64,000 nt of DNA from Acanthaster planci. Taxonomy: Eukaryota. The stretch's first letter is position 1; each line of letters opens with the position of its first letter. Positions 25,701-36,024 of the stretch are shown here, in pieces. The DNA is taken from positions 2,722,535 to 2,786,534 of the forward strand of contig NW_019091358.1 of assembly GCF_001949145.1 (NCBI RefSeq). Direction: 5' to 3'. Position numbers and translations under genes: made by a program. The notes below the pieces were generated by a model, which saw only the letters and a program-made list of their open reading frames with translations, was not told the origin of the DNA and ran no database searches.

Positions 25701-28700
25701 CAGTGTGATGGTGCTTCACCAACTGAACAAGATACATAGTCCCAACTGAGCAAACCAGTGAGTGATGTCAGTGAGTGCTTTTCATGATACCGCATTGAGA
25801 AGATTTCAAACTGAAGAAATAAAGTTGCAAGAAGAACCAAGTGATGGCAGTTCACTGCTTGTGGTTTGCTGAGTGGCTAAAGCACAGCATTACCAGCAGA
25901 GAGATATTTTGAACCCAGCGTTAGTCTGAATGCAGGATTGAATTTTGTCGCAAATAGGTAACATCATCCAACCGAAATGCCTCTAATGCACTGGCAAAAG
26001 ATGTTGCATAGAAAGATTACTTCTCCCCAAAATAGCAGCCCTCCTTCTGATCAGATTGAAATTGTGCAGAACCTTGAAGTATTGAAGTATAAGACCATTG
26101 CATCACTGACTGCATCATTGGCAGTTGATGTACAGGTGTGTCATACATAGTGTGGACCTCTGCACAAAAGAAGTCCACATAATGCAGGGTATGATAGCGT
26201 TGTGTGGACTTGCACATGTCCACACAAGGTTTCCCCCTCTTTCTGGAAAAAGGGTTTAGAGGCATTTTGGGGTAGGGATCATCCATAGTAAAATTAAGAG
26301 GAATAGTCAAGGAAACCTTGTACAAATAACCAGCCAAAAATCTTGTTCCTGGTTGAAGAAAAATGAGTATTGTCACTGAGTTTTCTTAACTGCACGAAAA
26401 CAAAGGAATGTCCACAGTAGGTATGTAATGTAAACATGTGTACTCCAAAATTAATGCAATGAATAAGAGTGAATGCCATATGCAAATATTCTTCATTTTA
26501 TCCAAAGAGTTCTTCCTGGATCCGGAGTTTCATATCCTTACAGCTGAATAAGAGCCCAGTCAGGCATAGCTAGTTGCTGATAGAAATTAATCCTAACAGT
26601 CCACAATCCTCCGATTTCAGTAGGATTCTACATACGCCCTCGGGGTTAGGTAAAGGACCAGGCCATGGCAATACACACCCCACTGTACTGCAGGATAATA
26701 CTTTAACAATTTGGTTCGGGGCTTCATTGGTTAGTAGTATTCCCCACTGAACATACCCGTGAAATTGGCCCGGAAAGTAGGCATTTATGCAGCCATTTTA
26801 AAATAAGACACCCACATTTGCTTTTTTTTTTTTTTTTTTTTGAAAACCAGAGCATTCAAGTTTCATCTAGTTTTATGTATTTATACAGCTTTTGTTAGTG
26901 AATGCTACAGGATTTGCAAGAAGATACTCAGAAATCTCTGTGACTAAAGCCTTGTCATGAAATCTTCACCAAACCTTTGGTTGAATGAGAATCACTCCTG
27001 CTGCTCCTCACCAGGGGCACAGGGCCCAATGGTTTAGGCTGGGAGCTCTTAATCATAGGCCGGGGGGGGGTTGAATGCAGCTGCTGGTCACATGTTGTGA
27101 CCTAGGGCAAGTCTCTTTGCCCCTACTGGGCTCTCTCCACCCAGGAGTATAAATGGGTACCGATGTGGGCAAATACGGCATTAATGTTTGTTTGGCCATT
27201 TGCACCGGAAATACCCGCGTATTAAGCTGTTTTAATCCCAAGGGAGCAAAGACTACTTCATGTATTGACAGTCCATTGTTGCTAAAGTGGGCTAGATAAA
27301 TAGCCCACTTTCATTTTGCCTAACATTTGTATGGGCAGCCAAAGCTTCCAGAAAAGTTACCCTTTGGTTGTTTTTCGATTTGTGCCTCAAATTTGTTCAT
27401 TTGTCCCATTGATTTTAAAGAGGGGTTTCATTTGCATTCATTATTTAGTAGAGCGTTTAGTGTTTTTTATCACTTTGTGGGACTTTAACCACTACCTGCC
27501 GGGCAACCCGTTTTCGGGTACATAGGCTTTATATGCAGAGCCAGGGAGCCCAGAACTGGGACAAAAGAGTTGGGCCTTATAACAAAAGACTGCTCAGCAC
27601 AAAAGACTGAGCTGCTGGGCATGACCCACATTTTTTCGCTGTCAATAGTGGAGATAAACCAGCCTTGTTTTGAAACAGTATACCTCAGTTTGAGGCATTT
27701 AGAGCGAGCGGATTACCACCGGGGACAAAAGCTCTCCACCACCGCAGCTATGAGCCACACAGCACCGCTGCACACTAATCTGGCCCCTATTGAAAAGAGG
27801 TCAGCAGTGCACTGTGCTGGTTTCGGCAAAAAAAGAATCTTACGCAACATCGCACAATCTGGGCTCTTTTTCCAAGGCTGCAAGCCTGGCTGAAATATTC
27901 TGGAGTCAGTGAATTTTACCTGTCAGCTTTACAGTAGTCCCCAAAGAGTCCTTCATTTTGGTATAAACGGCCATTAAATGAAATGATGAATTTGGAAGGA
28001 TTTTGAAAACGGAAAATCTTGAAAATGACCCGGCATCTTGTCTTGCTCAAGAAAAATCCACCCGGCAGCAAGTGGTTAATACTCTGTGAGTTATTCTTTT
28101 GCATTTGTATTGACGGCCAAGCATACTTCTTAGCAGCCACTTGTCGGAAAAACGCAACAGTGACGCAAAAGAGCAGCTCCTGTATGCCACACTGTTATCT
28201 CTCGCAGTTTGACTTCATGCATGAGTGCGTGGACCGCATTCTGAAGGAGATCCAATGGGCCCAAGACAGTGCCAACCACCAGCAAGATGACAGCGGAGAA
28301 GAGGAAGAAGACGAAGACGAAGAAGAAGAAGACGACGACGACGAAGAAGAGGAGGAGAAAGCACAGGCCCTAGCATCACAAAAGATGAAGGTACTTGTAT
28401 GAGGCCGCCTCAGGGGCCAGTGTGGTAAAGAGATGATGGGAGCGTATGTGATCCACCAGTCCAAAACCAGACTTACGAATGCAAGCTATTATTAAACTGA
28501 TGTTGATTTTTATTCATCCCCATAGCTAGATCCATAGTTATACAAATCATAAAACTGGTCAACAGGACTTTCGTGAATTTTCTCGTGAGTACCGTTGACC
28601 AGTTGCGTAATTTCTGTTACTAGAAGCTTATTAAAAGGAAAATGATCCATAAATTATTCAATAAAGAATGCAACTTTCGTTGCCTGTGACTACCAAAGTT

Positions 28701-29034
28701 CCCACGGACAGAATGTTTGACAGAATTAACAGCTGGCGAGAGAAATTGTCAAACATGAGAACATTTTCCACCTTGGCCAGGTTTTGGAATGGTGGGTCAC
28801 ATATCCAAACTGGAGCGCCCATGAAACTACGGTAGGCTCAGGTCATGTCACTGTATTTTCCATGCGTTGCTAAACAACCTATTCACAATAGTCATTTGGA
28901 ACTACATGAGGCTTGGGTACAGTTTTGCCTGTTTACTTCTCTTCTTCACGGGACAGGATTCAGCGAATGGCAGGGCCAGGACGGAGCCGCAGACTGGTAA
29001 AATCTTCGACACACTCAATGAGGACGACCTCTGA
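13779..29034 (+). CDS. SNX27: Sorting nexin 27 (PDZ-PX-FERM), 5'-incomplete, multi-exon
   Basis: GT-AG exons in one continuous frame: 13779-14010 ([25 protein letters not shown]-terminal half), 14807-14999 ([46 protein letters not shown]), 15675-15751, 21078-21200 ([15 protein letters not shown]), 21786-21861, 22125-22291 ([17 protein letters not shown]), 23852-23947, 24457-24606 ([14 protein letters not shown]), 25501-25629 ([21 protein letters not shown]), 28208-28390, 28957-29034 (stop TGA). Closely matches recalled human SNX27 motifs. The first PDZ exon was not found in 1-13778, so that region is taken to be intron. Confidence 0.95.
15380..15588. mobile_element. Degenerate/partial MITE family A copy
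   Basis: CAGGATTTCTCTCCAGATTTCAGGATTTTT start and TTCCAATCTCACCCC end shared with copies 1 and 2; left TIR not recognisable. Confidence 0.4.
15877..16278. mobile_element. MITE with TGTGACC...GGTCACA termini
   Basis: Imperfect TIRs of about 33 bp (TGTGACCTGTCACCACAAAATGAGCTGAAAGTCG / CGACTTTGCGCTCATTTTGTTATGAAGGGTCACA). A related terminus occurs at 524 (TGTGACCCAGCCTGTCAAAATGAGTCAGAAGTC). Confidence 0.65.
16846..16872 (+). CDS. SNX27: Candidate 27-nt in-frame SNX27 microexon (TTENKSKAE)
   Basis: Long pyrimidine tract plus ttcag acceptor, 9 sense codons, then GAA|gtgagt consensus donor. Phase 0-0 matches the flanking exons (15751 and 21078). Confidence 0.65.
17047..17532 (+). repeat. Interspersed repeat family C, copy 1
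   Basis: About 490 bp, homologous in reverse complement to 27495-28033 (e.g. AAAAAGAGCCCAGATTGTGCG vs CGCACAATCTGGGCTCTTTTT). Confidence 0.75.
18524..18605 (+). mobile_element. tRNA-derived SINE head or tRNA pseudogene
   Basis: A box TAGCTCAGTTGG and B box GGTTCAAATCC with tRNA spacing; anticodon and acceptor stems do not pair well. Confidence 0.6.
27013..27250 (+). mobile_element. CORE-like SINE
   Basis: Degenerate tRNA-like head followed by TGTGACCTAGGGCAAGT...TAAATGGGTACC (27096-27161), resembling the recalled CORE/MIR central domain. Confidence 0.55.
27495..28033 (-). repeat. Interspersed repeat family C, copy 2 (inverted)
   Basis: Reverse-complement homologue of 17047-17532. Confidence 0.75.
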
Positions 29035-29711
29035 GGAACGACCTCTGAGCAAACCTTGATTGAAGATGGACTGACGCTGTACAGGAACGATCACATTGCC
29101 TTGTTTACTGGAACACACCTGTATGAATATTGACAAACACATGTACCTATGACATAGTATGGAATATTGATGAGACATGTAATTAAACATTATACATCAT
29201 TTGCATCCTCCTACTGTAAATACATCTTGCGCTTTGCAAAGGAGGTCAGAATCCAGCTTGACGAAGTGCATAAATATTAAGTTGTACAAAATGAGAGAAA
29301 ATATTCATTTCCGGTGACATTCAGCAGCCAAATCTAAGAAATATGTAGAAAACAGTCTCTGTGGATAACAAAGCACCCTTTTTATTTTCAACTAGTACAT
29401 TTGAAACTGGTCAAGTAAACCTTTGTGGGTTAATCACTAGATCTGTACACAATTATTAAAGTGGTATCCTGTCTTCACTTAGTGGTTACTGTATTCTTTG
29501 AATATTTGCTGCATTCTACATGTATGCTTCTTATTGTACAGAGAGCTGGGAGTTGTAGTCCATATAATTGTACACAGAATGCAAGAATGTGTTATTACAC
29601 CTTTCGTGTTTTTCCCCTTCCCAACATTATTACTCAGAAGGGTGACTTAAGTCAGACTGACTCTACGCATGTGTATTTGAATAAGACATTCCCATAGACA
29701 GCTTGAGCACC

Positions 29712-29963
29712 CAGGGGTGAGATGTGTCAGGATTTTTCCCGATTTCAGGATCTTTTCGTCGGGATTTTCCCGAATTCAGGATTTTTTGAAAATGTCTTCA
29801 AAATTCTGGAAAATCCCATGTTTGCTGTTAAGGTGCTTTTATGTAAAAGTTGATATAGAACACAAGAAATAGGTATTTTAGGAAAATGCATGTTTACACC
29901 ATAGCCCTTTCAGTGCTGATGAGTTTGTCCTGGATATTTCATTTACTTCCAATCTCACCCTTC
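29712..29963. mobile_element. MITE family A, copy 2 (6-bp TSD AGCACC)
   Basis: CAGGGGTGAGAT...ATCTCACCCTTC flanked by AGCACC at 29706-29711 and 29964-29969; same internal GATTTCAGGAT units as copy 1. Confidence 0.75.
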
Positions 29964-32900
29964 AGCACCAGATCACTCTCCTGTGAAATGTCAAGCAGCT
30001 GCCAAGTAACTCAGATACAGCTCAAGGCCTTCGTCTGTGGCAGTATAAGCACTCTGGCAGATAGTGTGCAAAAATGACTCGCTCTTGATCTGGGGTGGGG
30101 GGCAGCCCGGCACACCGAGTTACATGCCATCATCCTTGTGATAGTCCCATCTGCTCTGACCCGAATCACCCCCTCATCACCGGCAAAGTCCAGGGGGCCT
30201 GACAGGGATCATTTCAACAGGGCACCCCGCCCTCCTTGTACGCAGCAGACGTTGGTGGCGTATACTCAGCACCACCCCCTTTTAAGCACACACAAACCTG
30301 TACACATGGTCTTTCCCCACCAAAAGGACTTTGTGCTACTCTTATGTTAAAAACATAATGCCACTTCTTCTTGCTGAGGTCTGACAAAGTGCAGACTTTC
30401 TGTGTCCCAAGTTACATTTTTCAACACAGCTTGCATCCTAGATTTGCATCATTAAGAAAGCCTTCAACGTGGTCACCTGTTGCCACAATTTCTTGAACCA
30501 TGCTTTGGTCATTGTCAACCCCCTAATGCCCCAGGTAGACCAGTGTCATTCATCCTTAGATCCCAAATTCACAGTATCCCTGATCATACAAGGATATGAA
30601 CTGTACAGTACTGATTGTAAATCAGTATGTATTAAGCCTCTAGGCTCCAACCTTTTTTGTATAACACGGTGATAGTCTTTGTCATGATTTACAGAATCCC
30701 TACGAGCTTTCAGTGTTGGTGCTGAACAGTATAGAATATCAATGATTTATTTAATGCCCAGTTTTTGAAATCTTTTTCAGTTAACTTTTGCCGCATTTTA
30801 GCATGTATCCCTATGGCACCTTTGAAGAAGGGCCCCCAAAAGAGATGTTCTTTTTTTTTTTGGGTGTACAGACACTGTACGCGTAGTTCTTGCTTTTGTT
30901 TTGTTTTGCTTTTTTTTCTCATCACATAAATAATTTCTTTCAGATTTGTAGCTGTAGTTCACTAACACGTTGGAAGGACAGACTTCCCTGTTTGCCAGTG
31001 TTCAAAATTGTTGAATCGTCTTTTATTCCTAGTTTATGCTTGTAAAATTGAATGCTAAATGTGTCATGTACTTTTTGGGAAATCTGGGAGATGCTACCCT
31101 TATGGTACACAGTGCTTGCCTTGAATACCTTGATTTACATATATTAGCATACTCTATGAATATTGATCAACTAGGTACATCGTCATGTGTCGAAATAGCA
31201 GCACGCTCATTATGCTTGATGAGCCAAGAATCTTCATCGTGTCTGTTTATAGAATAATAAAAATGGAACCCTTTCTGGTACCAGTATTATTGGCCAGTAA
31301 TGCTTCAAAGATTTTATTATCAGCAAAGTACCATTTCATTTGTTATTGAGATGATGTACTTCATACAGAATACATAGTTGCCAACCAAAACATTGGTTGA
31401 TGAAATTACTACACTAGGGATGGTATGGAAATTGAAGTTATTAAATTTAGTAAATACTTGCAGTAGAGAAATTATTCACTTCATTGACAGTAGATTCTGA
31501 AATGAGCATCAAATGGTTCATTGTTGCTCATTTATTGTGAGAATACAACAGAATCAGTCGTCACAAGATTGTTCAGGCATCTGCTCCTGCTGAATTGGAA
31601 TTCTGGGACTTTTAATTTTGTCAAATATGTATATACCACTGCAACACTCCCTTAAAGAATGGCTCATTTTGCCTCAAGTTATATATAAATATATTGAGAT
31701 TTGAGAAGCATTTAGTGGAAATTCTAAATGACTATGAGTATTTGATAGACAGTTTCTGTTCCGTTTCAGTGAGTTTTACTCGTGATTTTTTTCAAACTGG
31801 TCAAATAAGTGACATGACAGAGGTCAGACACAAACCGCAACTTCAAAGCAGCTGCGTGAAAAAACAAGGACATCAAAAGCAGATGAACAGCAAAACTAGA
31901 CTGGACAGTAGCATACATTAAATATTCATAGAATATACATATTCATCACTGTTATTTGAATATCAAGACGTTTGCCTTAGCAGTAGATATGTGAAAGATA
32001 CAAATATGTGTATATATATATTCAAAAATATATTCACAAAAAATCTCTTCCAGGTATATTGTTTCATTTTGTAGACTTGTGCTGATATCTTTTTCATCAT
32101 GAAATTGGATGGAAAAAGGGCAAAAACCGTCAGTTTTGTACATACAGTTTTTCATTGGGCAAGCTTTTTTCTCTCTTAGCATAAGATATCTGGGTATTGA
32201 ACAGTTCTGGTAGGCACTCACAAGCACACCAAAATGTAGAAAGTGCCCCATTAGGAACATGAAATGCCTGACTTACAACTGAAATTGAAGTAGGCCTACT
32301 CAGATTGTGCTGCTGAAGGTAAGATATATGGACTTCTGTGTTGGCCCAGTAGTTACTCACATAATAGTTACAGTTAGTACAAAATATTTGTCTAGTACTT
32401 TGGCAAAACACACATTATGCCATTGAACACAGTTACTTTTCACTGTACTCCCAATTCCCAAGCTGCTTCAGTGGACATAAAGCTCCAAGTTCCTCCGTTA
32501 TAGTTTGTGACCGTGTCTTCACCATTAGTATGTGATAGCATAAACCATTAGAGCAAGGATTAAGTGATGTTCGCTTGTTGATTCAAAGTCAGTATTTTTG
32601 GTTCTTTCACATTTTGGGGGTCATTTGATTGTAGAAGCACGATATGGTGTAGGTGTGCCAGGCATACCGTAGTAGCCCAGATCAAAGTCAGGTGTGGTGT
32701 TGGACTCTAAATATTGTGGAGGAGTCTTGCAGAGTGTACAAGACATTTGGTAGAAAGACGCTGGTTGGGTTAGTTTTTCCCTAACTGTCCCTCAAAGAAG
32801 TGTGTTATCGCGAAATAGGATTACTGTCTCCCAAACCCTAAGGAAGCAGCAAGATAAAATGTTTTTCTTTCCTTGGAAATCATTGTGCCTCTGCCATGGA

Positions 32901-35900
32901 AAAATTATGTCAATTTTTCTTTAAAAAGTGTTGTATATTCACCATGAAGAATATACTCGAGTACAGAGCACATTGTGGTACGAGTATTAAGTTCATATAT
33001 CTAAATGTGAGCATAGCCTGAGCATGTTAAATATTCATGAACACAAATGACCAATCATGTGCTTTCAGCTTGTGGTCTCAATACCAAGTACAAGTTTAGA
33101 AACAGGTATAAAAAAAACTCCAGCCCAAGAAGGCTGCTTACAAATTAATAAGCCTTTCATTTCATTCAAAACAGTGACATCCCAAGTACTGCTGCACATC
33201 AAAAGGTATAAGAAATGTTTAGTTTTCTAGATATTTGCAGGCTTAAGATGTAATTTGTTGTATACTTACAGCGGCCTCTTATAATTATGTATAAATCATA
33301 TCTGTAATAAAAAAATAACTTTTACATTGAAAGCAGTTGTCTTGAGCATTTTGCTTCAGTGAAAATATGATGCCATTTTCACTGCAGTTTAATATATGCA
33401 TGTACTTCAGGGCAGATTGGTTTTGATACAGAACCCAGCCCTTCCCTGATTTTCTTCCAAGTGCCAGCAAATCTGATTTTGGAGAAAAATCTCAAAACTT
33501 TCTAAAAGCTTCATCTAGGTCAGCAATGTACTTGTAAGAAAAGTGCATGCTTCAATGTAGGTGATCTTTTTGCCTGTAGGTTACTACCTGAAATGTCCTG
33601 GCTAAAGATACTTTACGTTTAAGTTAAAATAATTGATACAAACAGGGAAAAGAGGGGGGGGCATTTGTGTGGACAACATCCAGTCACCCGCACTGACTTA
33701 ACCAAATGCAGTGCATATTGTTTTGTCAAATCACTGTGATGAATTATGCATTTTCAAGCAAGTACAAGATGGTAGACAATGTAAAGGTTATATATTTCTG
33801 AAATTTATTTATCATTGGGGTTAACGAGGGCAAGTTCATACACTGATAAAGACCACATGATTCTGAAAGTCACTTCAGAAGAGGAAGTAAAGAAAAGCAT
33901 CTCAATATTGCAAAATGAGAAAAGAATCCATCAAATGACATTTGAAGCACATACATGTATACAATAATTGCTTTTTGGACGTTCATTGAGTGACATCTCT
34001 GAAAATAGAAAATGTTTTGGTGAGATTCCTAAAAATTGGTTTAAAAATCTTGAAAATATGAACACAAATGACTTTGGAAGTAATTTATTTATTTTGAAGA
34101 GAGGTACAATTGAGAGCTTTTGGGGATTTTGTACTTCTCGCACCTAATATAATGTAGCAAATATTTGAAATTCATAAATACATATGTTGGCGAGATCTAC
34201 TCATCTGTGCAGTCACCTGATTGCCATGCTCAATTGTTCACTTTTGTATAAAATCTCAAACTTGACTCCCTTTTTGGAACGAATTTTGTGGAACCCTGAA
34301 TTAAAAAAAAAAATTACTGATGGCAGGATCAAATCTTGCAGTAAGATTGATTGATTGTTCAAAGATCAAGTGATCGCGTAGATCCACTGATCGTGCACAG
34401 CATATATGTACATGAATAACAAAGAGCCCCGACAGCGTATGCTTTTTTGCAGCAGCAAAAACAATGAAACCACTGATATAACTGATTGTTACTGCCTAGG
34501 TAGCTTCTTTAAATTGTTAACCAGTGTTATGCAATTATACATGTATGTATTTCACCCAAGGGATGCACGAACAGACCCGACAGCATCATGTAGGCTATGA
34601 TGTAGCTTGATGCAATAAGACATGGAAATAACTACACTCGAGGCAAACTTTGGCAAGTTCAAGCAAAAACTATGGTTTGATTTTTGGCCATTCATTTCCT
34701 ACTGATGTGTACATGCAGTCACATTTGAACAGCCCGCGTCAAACCAGTCTTGACATCTGATTGTAACTCACATTATGCCATTGGTTGCATTTCTCATGGC
34801 TGTAGTCGAGCGTGTTACTCGTCATGAATGAACTCCCGACAGTACAAACGGCAGGAGTATGACCCATGGGTATCAAACGAGAGCAAACTCTCCATCAGAC
34901 CGTGCGTACGTTCTTACACCGCATGGTTCTTTCAAGATGGCAGAAAGATAATTGTTTACCTGTTGGCGCAATGCGACCCGAGGGTAATGTGCACGCAACA
35001 TTTCGTGGATCCAAGCATATGGAGAAACACATGCGAAACCAATGTACATGTATGTACAGGTACATGTGCTTCATGGTTGCTGCCATCTCACACAGTTTTC
35101 TTGATGTCAACGGTTAACCTATCTGTACATGATTACTGAAAAAAATTACTGATAATCAGAAATGCAACGATGCCCCTTGGCTCCAGATGGTCAAATAAAG
35201 CAGGCAAACCATCCATCACTGGAGCGTTGGGGGCCAAACTGTGGTTAACTGTACCCGTACTTGATGCCAGGACTTTCCCACAGGTAGTCCATATAATTTG
35301 AACGGTCACAGGTTGCCAATACCCCACTGACTGTCTTTACACGAGAGGCTTCTTGGTACCAAACAACAGCATCAACAGGCACTTTGTTAAGCGACAGTAT
35401 CCCCACACACCCATTGGGCTGACATTCAGCATAGGACTGTGTGACGACTCCTTTGTGTACGTGCGCACAGTTTGCCACGGAGAAGACACGATCTTAATGT
35501 GCGTAAACCAACAAGGCTGTTCAAATGTTACGTTGTCCCATCTTCTCTTTGTTTTTTTCACCAGTTAGACGGTAGCCAGAGTGCCTTTCAGTTTGAAAGT
35601 TACGGGTAAAAAAAGCATAATATGCATATAAGCATGTATCAATTTGAGCAAGAACTTTTGACAAGTGTTTCATAGATTTGACATGTGACAGCTCTGAACT
35701 AACAAAATGCTACAAGAGACGTAATTGGTCCCCGGGCAACACAGAACGGGAGAGACACAGAAGGGGACTCGCAACCGAAACAGGAGCAGTAATGGAACAA
35801 GTAGCGGAGGTCACCGAGTCAAATGTCACATTAAGGAGTTGTGTATCAAAGATACTTGTCATCTTTTTAATGGTTAAATGCTCATCATGTCACGGTTAAC

Positions 35901-36024
35901 AGACGTGGTTTCCATGTGGCAGCTGATTAACATCAATTCTCACCACTTTGGAGATGCATCATCCCAGTGATCTTTGAGCTTGTCAGAAATTGAAACGGGA
36001 ACCAATGCCTTCCGGCCGCATGTG

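Noticed and set aside
29024..29049. 14-bp-period duplication of ACGACCTCTGAG over the SNX27 stop, with an open frame of about 33 codons after the TGA
   Set aside because: The second copy is out of frame, the context is not the TGA-CTAG readthrough motif, no SECIS was recognised, and readthrough would bury the terminal Leu.
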